Numbered from the whole stretch's first letter, positions 1 through 12,659 are shown. The stretch: 63,304 nucleotides of DNA, filler included, from Craspedostauros australis (GCA_030167865.1; 13 parts of 13 records of this genome joined end to end with filler, not necessarily neighbours in it); one strand, 5' to 3'. Notes: generated by a model from the sequence alone, not told the origin. Numbers and translations are program-made.

Positions 1-116
1 AATCGTGTATCAAGACTCACTCGACTATACTCTCAAAATCGAGTCGAATCAAAAAATAGTGAATCACGTTTCAGTCATGGGAGATGGGTACCTAATTTCG
101 ATCTAGATGTTGATAA
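1..116. repeat. Dispersed repeat end; near-identical reverse complement of 60702-60815
   Basis: 1-116 (aatcgtgtatcaagactc...gatctagatgttgataa) matches revcomp of 60702-60815 apart from small homopolymer indels. Confidence 0.9.
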
Positions 117-3100
117 TCTTGAAGAAACTACAGGAAGATCCCACCTTCATCTCGCAAGAAGTATTCGATGGACTACCCGAAAAGGTCCGCCGAGTTATCA
201 TGAAACTCCGCAACTCCCTCTGTTGGGCCCGCCGCAACAATGACCGGAACGGATCCGGATTCACCCGCGTCGAGAACAAGAAGGAGCAGGAAGAACCCCA
301 ACCACCTACCAGCGTGAAGCCCCCAGAGAAAGGGGAGGAAACCAAGCCACACAAGCAGTATGGAGGTATCACCCACGCGAACCTGGCCAGGTACACCACA
401 GGATCCACCGAGGGAGCTGATTCCCAGGACGAGAATGGCTCGGATCTATCCTCGATTGACGCTTCGGAGCTTGCCAAGTTCCTGGTCGATTATGGAGGAT
501 ACGAGGAGAACGGCAACGACCGGCTCGTGAAGATGATCACGATGAGTGATTCATCTGACGCCACAAGCCCCGTCGACCCGCCAGAATCCAAACAACGCCA
601 ATCAGTGCCCGAACAGCTGATCAACCTGGCGACCTTCTCTCCGCAAACATACACGGTATGCGACGGTGGCGCACAATGCTGCGTTATCGGGAACAAGGAC
701 CGGGTATGGAAGATTGACTACATCTACCCGCATCGGACGTACAACATCGTCGGTGCCGTGGCCAGCACGATGAGGAAGAACAACCTCGCGGTNGTAGACG
801 CAAGTATCAAGGCCAGGACCANNGAAGGCAACGAAGTGATCCTCCNGATCTACGAAGCCGCTCTGAACGTNGACAGTCGGGTGACGCTGCTNTCCGACCA
901 CCAAATTCGGGCCAGTGGAGCCGTCCTCGATACGGTTTCGTCGGAACACCGGGCATCGTTCTCGACACCAGGCACAGGCCGACAATGCCTAATGCCTGAC
1001 GAGGACACGACGATCAACTTGGAGATGCGAGACGCGCTGATGACGTTCGACGTCTTCCCCATCATGGAGGACGATGAGGATCTGCCCNNNNNNNNNNNNN
1101 NNNNNNNNNNNNNNNNNNNNNNNNNNNNNNNNNNNNNGATTCCCAGGACGAGAATGGCTCGGATCTATCCTCGATTGACGCTTCGGAGCTTGCCAAGTTC
1201 CTGGTCGATTATGGAGGATACGAGGAGAACGGCAACGACCGGCTCGTGAAGATGATCACGATGAGTGATTCATCTGNCNCCACAAGCCCCGTCGACCCGC
1301 CNGAATCCAAACAACGCCAATCAGTGCCCGAACAGCTGATCAACCTGGCGACCTTCTCTCCGCAAACATACNCGGTATGCGACGGTGGCGCACAATGCTG
1401 CGTTATCGGGAACAAGGACCGGGTNTGGAAGATTGACTACATCTACCCGCATCGGACGTACAACATCGTCGGTGCCGTGGCCAGCACGATGAGGAAGAAC
1501 AACCTCGCGGTGGTAGACGCAAGTATCAAGGCCAGGACCAAGGAAGGCAACGAAGTGATCCTCCAGATCTACGAAGCCGCTCTGAACGTTGACAGTCGGG
1601 TGACGCTGCTCTCCGACCACCAAATTCGGGCCAGTGGAGCCGTCCTCGATACGGTTTCGTCGGAACACCGGGCATCGTTCTCGACACCAGGCACAGGCCG
1701 ACAATGCCTAATGCCTGACGAGGACACGACGATCAACTTGGAGATGCGAGACGCGCTGATGACGTTCGACGTCTTCCCCATCATGGAGGACGATGAGGAT
1801 CTGCCCACCNNNGACATCACCCCAAAGCAAGGATGGAACCCTTCGGATCACCAAGGAGGACACGTATGCAACGTGCCCATGGGTTGCTACCTTACCAGGG
1901 ACCCAATCGGAGGAGACAAGGTAGTCGATTGGGATGGCCAACCTGATGCACCGCATGACGCTGGAGCAATGGATCCAAGCGCCCACAACGCATCGATGGA
2001 TCCCATGGAACCCGGGACACGCCAGGCCAAGGACGGTATACCGGATAATCCCATGGAGGGACGAGAACCCATGGACCCCAACGCCCGTCATCCAGATGAG
2101 CACGCCACAGGAGACCCCAACCGTGTACACCAGGAGTACCCCAAGGTGGACGCATTCCTTGACACTCTAAGTCTCGAGGAGCTCATCGGAATGTCACATG
2201 CAATTGACCCGGTAACGTTCGCGAAATCGGCTACCGACACGGCCATCTCGATCCAAGGCACCATCTTCGACATGGTGGACAATCTCTCTGCGGGAGACAT
2301 CGAACACCTATACAGGGAGCTAGGCATCGATCGCAAGGCTAACGCGGTAGGAACGGACCAGAAGGGATACACCGAGTCAACGAACGTACCGCCAACAAAG
2401 GTACCAGACCCGGATGACGAGGCAGACAGCGCCATCTCATCCTTACACTCGGTAGGATCCGAACCGGCGTTCCAGAGAAATCGGGAGACATTTCGCATCC
2501 CCAACGAAATCGGCGTGACCAAGGCAACACGTGCTGACACCCTCCGGGGAGACCCGCGAAGCGCACCTGAATACCATGGGCACACCAAAAGCGAGAACCC
2601 CGTTGGGATTGGTGATCCGGGAAAGGACAATCCCATGGACACCATGGACCGACACCCTGCGGAAGCTATGACCGAGTACAGCCACCAAGGGTTTCCTTTC
2701 TGAGCTAAATGGAAGTCCATCGATCTTCACAAGATCCGACCGTACCTCGGGTACCTGCCCACGCACGTGATCAAACAGACCCTTGCCAGAACCACACAAC
2801 TCATGCGGGCAGTGATCACNTACCCTATGCGAAGGCACAAGAAGTCCAGATTCGAGTGGATGCGACGACAACGAATCCGGGAGATCGTGGCGACGGACAC
2901 CATATTCTCCAACGTCAAGTCTTTCGGAGACGGATACTCCATGGCACAAATCTTCTACAGAACATCCTCCCACATGATCAACGCATACGGCCTGAAGAAG
3001 AAAGAAGGAGTTTTCGTCGCTTTCCAGGATTTCATCAGGACAGAGGGAGCACCACGGGCCTTCCACAGCGACAACGCGAAGGAACAGACCGGAGAGAAGG

Positions 3101-4162
3101 TCCTCAAGCTTCTTAGGGACCTCCACATCAAGTCAAGGCTGACAGAACCGCACAACCAGCAACAGAACCCGGCCGAGCACAACGCCATCCTGTACATGAA
3201 GCGATGTGTCATGACACTCATTGACCGGACAGGGGCACCACCAAAAGCATGGTTCCACGCTTTCCGATACATGTGCTACGTGCACAACCACACATCAGAC
3301 CCGTCCCTACGATACGCAATCCCATACACCGTACGACACGGAGAAACCGTCGACATCTCTGCTCTCTTGACCTTCCAATTCTACGAGAAGATCTTGTACC
3401 ATGACCCCAACGCTGCCTTCCCGAACTCGAAGGAGAAGTCAGGATACTGGCTCGGCGTGGCAGAGTCCCATGGGAACTTCCTCACCTACCACGTGCTGGA
3501 CGATGAATCCAGACGAGTACTGGTACGGAGCGTGGTCCGCCCCTTCCGGAAGGGTATAAACAACAACAGGTGCGTCACCTTCGACCAAGACATGGACCCC
3601 GAGGCGGATAACCCCAGCACACGGACCCCGCTGGAACTGTCCGGTACCCACAAGGGTGGAAGACCAAGACCCCACCGAAAAGAGGGTATGCAGCGACGGC
3701 CAAGACGACACACCCGCGGGCATGGGAGAACAAGACCGACAAACTGACGCGACCCACCGGGATCCCTGACTCAGGGGAGGCACGGAACACAGGACCCGTC
3801 ACCCGATCCCAAACGCTAACCAAGCGGATAGCGAAGGCACCCACGACGCGTGCCACCGAGAAGGACAATCCGCGAACAGACCGCGATACGCCCGACAGGC
3901 GAGACTCTGACCCAGGGTCTTCGTATCTTCCGTGTTCGTCGGGACCACCATCATACCAACGCATGGATGACGGCCCCGAAGAAAGGGGAGGGAATAAGAG
4001 GACCAAGCAAAACAAACGGTCTGTTTTGTCCACAGGAACCAAGAAAGGCATCCCATGGAAGAACATCGTCCATGGAATGATCAGATCCATAATCCAGACC
4101 ATCGCAGCGGATCCAGTCACGACAGGCGTGAACACCGCGCCACCGCAAAGAGTACCCACCCT
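117..4162 (+). mobile_element. Ty1/copia LTR retrotransposon fragment (diatom CoDi-like): Gag end, protease, integrase; truncated by contig end before RT
   Basis: Protease motif VCDGGAQCCVIG; integrase motifs ATDTIFS, HSDNAKEQ, TEPHNQQQNPAE, GYWLGVAESHG; protease-then-integrase order is copia-type. 1139-1807 duplicates 419-1087 across a gap. Confidence 0.88.
1246..3747 (+). pseudogene. Copia pol (protease-linker-integrase) interrupted by an in-frame TGA at 2701-2703
   Basis: ORFs 1246-2703 and 2767-3747 share a frame and read HQGFPF*AKWKSIDLHKIRPYLGYLPTHVIKQTL; a probable frameshift near 3700 leads into the 3963-4162 frame. Confidence 0.8.
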
Positions 4163-4206
4163 NNNNNNNNNNNNNNNNNNNNNNNNNNNNNNNNNNNNNN
4201 NNNNNN

Positions 4207-4218
4207 TTAATTAATTAA
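4207..4218. other. Artificial contig spacer TTAATTAATTAA in N runs (also 6138, 9217, 12250, 19033, 32102, 33973, 35811, 38754, 42651, 49942, 61118)
   Basis: Identical 12-mer with stops in all six frames, always embedded in N blocks of about 44 nt on each side. Confidence 0.97.
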
Positions 4219-5789
4219 NNNNNNNNNNNNNNNNNNNNNNNNNNNNNNNNNNNNNNNNNNNNCCCAATGGTTAAACAACAAGCATTTGTACAGAGGGTAT
4301 GTGTGGCTTCTGTTGATGTGATGCGGTGGCAATGCTGCTGGCTTTGTTGCCATTGGTATTCTCTCCATTTGGTGTGAAATTGCCAATATGTTTGGTGCAT
4401 TATGGTTGATCTTCCCTTCTTGAGAATTTGTCAACATCATCGCTGTGTTCTTGGTTGTGAGATTGATGCTGTTGCAATGTGCAAGCGTTGAGTCAAGAGA
4501 AAAGAAGTTTCAACATAGAAAGTCTGTGTCAGAAATATTCATTCTCGAGGGCAGTTTCCACAGGATTCCAATCATTGTCAGGCAGGCACTGTCATCATGA
4601 CAAGAAAGGGCAAGAACGAATGAAGTTTGATTTGTGAGCTTTCTCTTGCTGCATTCTGTTGTCCTCACTTTGGTTGTATCGCTGTCTTGTCATTGTGTTC
4701 TATGTTTGCTGCAGGTACTTGGCAACTNNNNNNNNNNNNNNNNNNNNNNNNNNNNNNNNNNNNNNNNNNNNNNNNNNTCCATTGTCATGTCAAGAAACAA
4801 AGGGCAAAGACCAGTTCAGCAATAAAGCCTTGTTCCAGGACACCCAATGGTTAAACAACAAACATTTGTACAGAGGGTATGTGTGGCTTCTGTTGATGTG
4901 ATGTGGTGGCAATGCTTCTGGCTTTGTTGTCATTGGTATTCTCTCCATTAGGTGTGAAATTGCCAATATGTTTGGTGCATTTTGGTTGATCTTCCCTACT
5001 TGAGGATTTGTCAANNNNNNNNNNNNNNNNNNNNNNNNNNNNNNNNNNNNNNNNNNNNNNNNNNNNNNNNNNNNNNNNNNNNNNNNNNNNNNNNNNNNNN
5101 NNNNNNNNNNNNNNNNNNNNNNNNNNNNNNNNATTTTCCACAGGACTCCAATCATTGTCATCCAATGCAAGGAAGACATCAGAGTATGTGGAGTGCAAGT
5201 CCTGTCATAGCCAAAGTGTTGTGGAATTTTGCAGCACAAGTGGGATAGATGGATCATGATTGTGGATCACCATAGTGAGAGAAGTCCAAGACATTGATGA
5301 TGCTGTTCCTGTGGTTGCGTACCTTGAGGCAGGCACTGTCATCATGACAAGAAAGGGCAAGAACAAATGAAGTTTGATTTGTGATCTTTCTCTTGCTGCA
5401 TTCTGTTGTCCTCACTTTGGTTGTATCACTGTTTTGTCATTGTGTTCTATGTTTGCTGCAGGTACTTGGCAACTTGGTCTGTTCTTTGTCTATTCTTGGC
5501 ACAACACATCAAGCAGTCCAATTGGAGAATGCTTCTTGCTGCTCCTGCATCCGTGGATGGACAAGCTTGAATTTTTGCAACAGTTCATTCTTCTTGAATG
5601 TTTGGGGCAAGCTCTCTCGTTTCATCTCTCAGGAACTCAGACAGCCAGGCATCATACCAAGCTTGAAGAATCGCACAGAAGCCAAATCCTGAGTGAAATC
5701 ATCATTGTTCCACAGAATCAACAAGAAAGGAGTGGTCAAGACATAGCACAAACACCACAGTATACTCCAAACATCCCCACCATGTCAAG

Positions 5790-6093
5790 AAGAGAGGGTT
5801 GTATCAAGTGAAAGGCTAGCAAAGCAAAATTCATCATTCTACAGGACTTGCTAGATGGTGTCTTGCCAATGACTGAAGAAGAGTTATCTGCTGCAGAAGT
5901 GTGGGACACATGCTGNTTCCACATGGCTGANTTTGTTGATGTTGTGCTCAGCCAGTTTGAAGCTCACCTTCGCGATCATTGGAAACAGTTGGGCAAGAAA
6001 GAGTTGCATCCCATGGTGGAATTGGCCTCATTGGAACATGATAGATGCATACACCCAAGAGAAGCAATGAATTCTTGTGGAGGCTTGGTGCTC
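5790..6093 (+). pseudogene. Decayed diatom-type W-x-x-S-x-A repeat protein, same family as 49487-49897
   Basis: Reads CIK*KASKAKFIILQDLLDGVLP...EVWD...QFEAHLRDH...LEHDR; the stop sits where W is expected (compare RWDGSEAQSMLRKD); region strongly CpG-depleted. Confidence 0.5.
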
Positions 6094-6193
6094 NNNNNNN
6101 NNNNNNNNNNNNNNNNNNNNNNNNNNNNNNNNNNNNNTTAATTAATTAANNNNNNNNNNNNNNNNNNNNNNNNNNNNNNNNNNNNNNNNNNNN

Positions 6194-9172
6194 TGTTTGC
6201 TGATTGGCGTGGAGCCACTTAAGCAACAGAATCATTTTTGTTCCAACCTCACTCTTCTCCTTCAGGAAATAGCTCCAACAGTAGCCACTGTAATCATCGA
6301 GGACTAGGAGCCAATACTTTCCTTGTCCGTAGCTGTGTGACTGGACACTTGATGTGTCAATGAACAATCGATCACCAACCCCCTTCGCTCGTGATTGGAG
6401 TTTCTTCGTCATGGCCTTCTGCCTTTGTTTGCCAATGGCACAGTCCACACATNNNNNNNNNNNNNNNNNNNNNNNNNNNNNNNNNNNNNNNNNNNNNNNN
6501 NNNNNNNNNNNNNNNNNNNNNNNNNNNNNNNNNNNNNNNNNNNNNNNNNNNNNNNNNNNNNNNNNNNNNNNNNNNNNNNNNNNNNNNNNNNNNNNNNNNN
6601 NNNNNNNNNNNNNNNNNNNNNNNNNNNNNNNNNNNNNNNNNNNNNNNNNNNNNNNNNNNNNNNNNNNNNNNCGTTGTCCGCGCTTCTCCAGGCTCATCAC
6701 AACGCCGTGGTTGCTGATGTTGAAGCCGCTCTCAAGCGCTTTGTTGATGCTGAGAAGGTTCACCCACAAATTGGGCACGAACTTCACGTGCTTGAGGAGG
6801 NNNNNNNNNNNNNNNNNNNNNNNNNNNNNNNNNNNNNNNNNNNNNNNNNNCGATCACCAACCCCCTTCGCTCGTGATTGGAGTTTCTTCGTCATGGCCTT
6901 CTGCCTTTGTTTGCCAATGGCACAGTCCACACATACATGCAATTTGCCTGTGACATTCCAACCGTATCGTCCCGCTGTGCGAGAGATCGTGTAAGTGTCA
7001 ACATGGCCTAACATTTTATGGATTTGGTTGACGTCCACCGCGGTCTGGGTGGACACGCCAACATTGGCTTGATCGNGNGGGTGAGGGGCGGTGATCATGT
7101 TAACACCGCTCACGAACCCACTGTGGGTAGCCATAAGCCGGTCAAACGTAATGCGTTGTCCGCGCTTCTCCAGGCTCATCACAACGCCGTGGTTGCTGAT
7201 GTTGAAGCCGCTCTCAAGCGCTTTGTTGATGCTGAGAAGGTTCACCCACAAATTGGGCACGAACTTCACGTGCTTGAGGAGGATGGTTGCGGTGGTACCG
7301 TTTTTCTGCATCACCATCATGGGCTTGTCGCCCACCTTTGTTGCCTTGATGTAGCGACCGCTGCCGATCTTGATGGAGTGGTCGGCCACCCGCACGTTGG
7401 TCATCCCCTCGTCGTTGTTGGGCAGGTGGCACGAGGCACCTGAGTCGCCCAACCAAGTGTTTGCCTCATGGCGGTCTGGGGCGAGCGTGATGCGGCGTTC
7501 TTCGACGCTGTCGATGTCACCGATCACCATCGCCATGTCTGGTTGCGGGTTCCTCTCGCTGTAGATGGGGAGTTCAGGGAACTCACCTGGGCCGCGGACT
7601 CCGTAGTGGCCTGGGTGGTATTTCCACATGACTTGGAGTGCTCCACGCGAGGCCAGGCTCCCGATGAGTCCGTGGTGGGTGGATGGCTGGCAGCTGCTCT
7701 TTCTCCAGCCTTTCGTTGATGAACGGCATGTTCTTCATCATGTTGAACGGAGTCATCATCCCGATTTCGCGTAGGAGGAAGTAGAGGGTGCGAGCATCCG
7801 CGCACGTGCGTCTGTCTCTCGAGTTGTACTCCTTCACTGTGTCGAGGCACAGCAGGGCAAGCTCGGAGCGCACACTGTCAGCCGGCATGGCGTTGCTCAA
7901 TGAGTATCGCACTGCGAGTGCGAGGGACTCCTCCTTTGCGAGCATTGCACGGCGTTGATCGCGCTCTTCGTGGGTTGTCGGTTTCACCACGTCCATTCCG
8001 TCTGGTAGATCGATGAGGAATGGCTGCGCTGGACAATCGACACAGTAAGAGTATAAGTACCCTTGTTTGAAGCACAGTGGGCACGATGCCCATCCTTGGT
8101 ACATAGCGCGCCCTGCTGCTTCGATCGTCTTCTCGATGGGAGACTTGTTGGTGGAGAGCGAGAAGACAGGCTCTCTGCAGATGTCTTCCGCTCCAATCAC
8201 CATCGCCACTTCGTTGGTACTCTCCTCTTCGGTGCTGACGAGGTCTTCATCGTAGATGACCTCGTCGAAGAACCCGTCGTCTTCAGTGGACTCGTCGTCG
8301 GACGGGAAGAGTTCGCGGTTGATGCGCTCGGCTGCGATCGCTGGTGGTCCGTAGTGACCATACACCCCTGGGTGGTGGGCCGCCCGCTCTTCAGCTGTCC
8401 ACTCAGAGCCTTGGTTTGGCTCTTCGTTGCCTTGGTCGCCCATCTCTTCGTCGGTGGACGTGAGGGCGAGGTCTTCGGGAGGCATCATGGCGTAGTCGTT
8501 GCTCATGTTTTTCTTGATGTTCGCAATTTCTTGGGTGGTTACGAGTCTTGGGTTGGTCACATTTTTGACCTCTGTCGAATCAAGTTCGAACTCGTTGGTG
8601 AGGAAGCACAGCATTTCCGTGCTATCCATGGACTTGTCGTCTTCGGGCAACCAGATGGGCTCCTCGATCATGGCCAGGGCAACGTCGTCGGCCTTCTTGT
8701 TGGAGGTCGACCACATCTCCTCGTCAACTTCAACGAAGGAGTCGTAGCCTGCCACATCGTCTTCTGCAGTCCGCCACATGTGTTCTTCGACCATNNNNNN
8801 NNNNNNNNNNNNNNNNNNNNNNNNNNNNNNNNNNNNNNNNNNNNNNNNNNNNNNNNNNNNNNNNNNNNNTTTCAACTTGAAGCAGTCGAGGATCTTGTGC
8901 CCCTTCTTACCGCAGTACTTGCAGTTTCCGTTGAACTTGTTCTTGGCGGGGGTGTCTCCTTTCTTGTTGTTCTTCTTCAAGCCCTTGTTGTTCTTGTTCT
9001 TCGGGGGAGAGCGGCAGTCCGCCTTCTTGTGCCCGTAGGCACCGCAGATGCGGCAGTACCCTTTGAAGCCGCCCGTGGCAGCGAGAGTCATTTCCTCTTT
9101 GGTGTCGCTCTCGCGGCGGTTGCTTCCTTGCTTGATGTGACGTGCGTCGTAGGTGGCACTCACTGCTTCACG
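6194..9172 (-). mobile_element. Ty1/copia retrotransposon fragment: Gag with two CCHC knuckles, extra domain, protease, HHCC, integrase start
   Basis: CRICGAYGHKKADC and CKYCGKKGHKILDC; WLGDSGASCH; HKMLGH...CVDCAIGK; LFIDTSS...LVLDDYSGYCWSYFLKEKSE; one frameshift near 7675. Confidence 0.92.
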
Positions 9173-9480
9173 NNNNNNNNNNNNNNNNNNNNNNNNNNNN
9201 NNNNNNNNNNNNNNNNTTAATTAATTAANNNNNNNNNNNNNNNNNNNNNNNNNNNNNNNNNNNNNNNNNNNNTTTGACCAAACCTTCATATGAAAGATCC
9301 AACATTGGCAATTCTACCAATGTCATCATAGCGACAGCGCTTCAATGGGTATGGGGGTGGCTTGTGAGAATCTGGATCCTTCTGGAAGAAGTGCCAGTAT
9401 CCAAATATATCAACCTCGTTATACTGAGCGCTACGCTTGACGCTGTACTGTATTTTGCACATCTATGCCTTTGGCGGGCC

Positions 9481-9890
9481 TGTCAGGAATCGGGTGTTCT
9501 GAAACACCGAATTGTTGCACCTCCCAATAATGTGGAGTCGAGCGTCGTGAAACGCTATAATACCGCACCTCTCACTTTGGATCTTTGTGACACCAAAATT
9601 GTGAGCTGCACGTGTTTTACGGTGAAGAATGCCACGTGCCGAATGCAAACCGGACCATGACGTTCGTGACCTCAATGCAGGAATGGGAGCCACACATGTA
9701 TGTCACAGGGGGCGGCGATGTTGGATTCGTGACCAGCATCACGATACACGTGACTACGGCCCCATGTCGCAATGAACAAGAAAAGAGTATTCGAGACAGG
9801 CCGGCGTCACGAAGCGTGAGATGGCTTGTGAACGAGTCCCTGACAATGAACCAGTGAATGATCGGAGAAGGATTGGAAAGGATTGGAGTT
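9481..9890 (+). repeat. LTR-like dispersed repeat family B (starts TGTCAGG); inverted copy at about 54790-55290
   Basis: tgtcaggaatcgggtgtt...gccacgtgccgaatgc...gacctcaatgcaggaatg...actacggcccatgtcgca matches revcomp of 54790-55290; distal end not defined. Confidence 0.75.
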
Positions 9891-10428
9891 TTCCCAAGAT
9901 GAGAAGCCAGAGGAGGAAACATCCAAGCTGTTCTTGTGAAACATGGAGATCGTGATCTGATCAAATGGTACAAGTCAGGTGATGCCTGTGATTCAGTGAT
10001 GCCTATGCCAATGAAACTATCGGAGGCAGGACAACGCAATGAGTGCATGGACATGGGGAAATTGGTAGGGCATGCATGTCCATGGTGAACTCGAGATGAA
10101 TGAAAGATGAATGTATGCTAGACCAATGGACGGACCCATGGAGGTCTCAGGAGGAGATTGAACTTTGGAAGTTGAGAGCAATGAAGAGCTCACAGTTCAG
10201 AGAAGTAGATTCTAACAAACGATTAGCTTTCTACTATCATCACCACCCTAGATTTCCAACACCGGCTGTCTTGAGAGATGCAATTAACTGCATCCCTCCA
10301 ATCATACGTCAAAGGCTATGGCCATGGAGTTTGAAGTCCTTGATCTGTTGGGAAGGAATCTGATTTTCCGGATGTTTGATATCAAGTGGCACTTAGGGGC
10401 GTCATGACATGAGGATCGCCTGAGCACA

Positions 10429-11070
10429 TGTTGATACACCTTGCTGACAGGTGTATGGCTTTGAACTCCACTGTCGGAATGTGCATATGTGTATGTGCAT
10501 CGCTCACCCATTATTCTCTTTTTCTCTACACGCAAGCAGCGCAAATATTCGTGTCATGAGTGAACTGTGATTGAAAGAAATCACATCACGAAATTGGACA
10601 CACAAAAAAGTTCAGAATTTTGGAAGGAAATTGTGAACAACCATTTCTGAGAGTATCAGGAATCCAGTCCATCCATCAACCAACAGAAACATATGACATT
10701 GAGCAAGGATCGATGTGCTTCACAACTAAGCCTCATATGACGATACCCTTGCCAGACCATTGCATCATCAGTGGAATGTGGAATCTGATACAGCATGGAA
10801 GATGACAACTGATGTCAACAGGATGCCATTGTGTCACCATGTCAACATCTGTCCCCACATCAGATCAAGAAAGTGAAGACTCGATGACCAAGTGACATCA
10901 AGGTTGTGGATATACAAGGAGAGGTTCAGATGAGACAGTGGCAAGTACTTGTGGAGTAGTAGGCCAGCAGAGGATGAAACAACTGAATACATATTGAATA
11001 CGGAGTATGTATCAAGTACGGAATATCGCATAGTACCAACACACAATGAAAGGAGAGAGGAAGAGGAAGA
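10429..11070 (-). repeat. Diverged, inverted copy of LTR family A
   Basis: Collinear blocks (tgtgcatcgctcaccc, gtccatccatcaa, actgatgtcaacaggatg, gtcaacatctgtc, GA-rich tract) match revcomp of 57762-58584; a further partial copy lies at about 11340-11450. Confidence 0.7.
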
Positions 11071-12659
11071 GAGGAAGAGAGAAAGGGCTGCAGTTCGAAA
11101 AGTGAATGGAGCGCAGACGCAATACGAGCTGTGGTCCTGTTGTTTTCGTATGCACCTTGGAGATTGGGCAACTTGCAAAGATGCAAAGTATTAGCACAAT
11201 GCTTTATTCACCTGATTCGTTTTCTGATTAGTCTGTCCTTGTATGTGCTGAAACGATGCTTTCCTCAGACACATGATTTTCGGCATGAGGGACACACTAG
11301 GGAACATCAGAGATTCGGTCTGGCCACCACCCGGAAAACATGTGATGTCCAATCCGACCTGATATATTTCCCAACTAAACCTGAAATGACAACACACTCG
11401 ACGACCTCAAGCATCATCAATGGAATGTGGAATCGACAGAGCCATGGAACGNNNNNNNNNNNNNNNNNNNNNNNNNNNNNNNNNNNNNNNNNNNNNNNNN
11501 NNNNNNNNNNNNNNNNNNNNNNNNNNNNNNNNNNNNNNNNNNNNNNNNNNNNNNNNNNNNNNNNNNNNNNNNNNNNNNNNNNNNNNNNNNNNNNNNNNNN
11601 NNNNNNCTCAACCCAAACAGTGTCTTCACTCACCAGCTTGTCACCCTCGTCCTGAAAGACTTGATCTCTCTTGAAGGACTCGTGTGATTTTGCTGTGTAC
11701 GATAACGAGATAACACAAAGGGAAGAGTGATGAGGATCGTTCCACATCCCACGATTCGGTTCGTTGGCTGGCATGAGAGGCATCACCCACTCTGATCAGA
11801 CGGCAATGAAACAAGAGACCAGGGTTGGAGCTTGAGCAGGACCGAACCTTGTATCGCATGAGGCAAGATCCGACAGCACAGGCAAAGAAACACCATCCAC
11901 CAGATGTCAATCTACCCATCATGAAGACACACCAGTTACCATGCACAGTATCAACAATCAGATCAAGATCAGCATTGGAATACGCTATTGCTAGATAGTT
12001 CGACATAGTCATAAGGATGAAGTGGAGATTGAATCCATCCTGCATCATTGTCATCTCGTCCGTTGGTAGTACCACCACCGCCTCATCACTCATCTTCGCT
12101 GTTGGAGAATTTCAACATCACTGCGTTGTCATCCAACTTCTGCTGCTGATTGCGAAGTTGATCAAGGGCCAACATCACATTTGGCAGCATCATGCCTTCA
12201 TCAGTNNNNNNNNNNNNNNNNNNNNNNNNNNNNNNNNNNNNNNNNNNNNTTAATTAATTAANNNNNNNNNNNNNNNNNNNNNNNNNNNNNNNNNNNNNNN
12301 NNNNNTTGTCCGCAGGGGAGGCATGTGCTGTCCTCTGAAGAAGGTGCGTCACCTGCCCATGGACATGCTGTTCTGATCGACGTCGTCGTTTGGATGGTTG
12401 CCATGGTTGGCGTGGTATCGGGACCTCCTGATCCGCCGTGGGTGTCTTCCTTACATTACCAGAGGACAGGCTATCCTCCTCGCGGTTATACAGGTATCAA
12501 TCGCGTCCGTATGCTTAGTCATAGTCATAATGACATGGTATNNNNNNNNNNNNNNNNNNNNNNNNNNNNNNNNNNNGAATAATATTCAAAGCTGTGACGA
12601 ACAATGTTGGGAGGTGCGGCAATTACGGGTATTCCGACAAAGTCGTACCCTCAATTCCT

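Noticed and set aside
419..1807. Tandem duplication of the protease region; similar cases at 4263-5467, 6367-7280, 32442-33234, 34085-35766, 36413-37026, 42018-42180, 48741-48942 and 62323-63304
   Set aside because: Near-identical copies flank N-gaps and often contain ambiguous bases; best explained as unmerged overlapping contigs or haplotypes
8063..9220. Long antisense or shadow ORFs (also 14434-15315, 29759-30487, 32434-33609, 53213-54007)
   Set aside because: They overlap well-supported ORFs and contain no recognisable motifs
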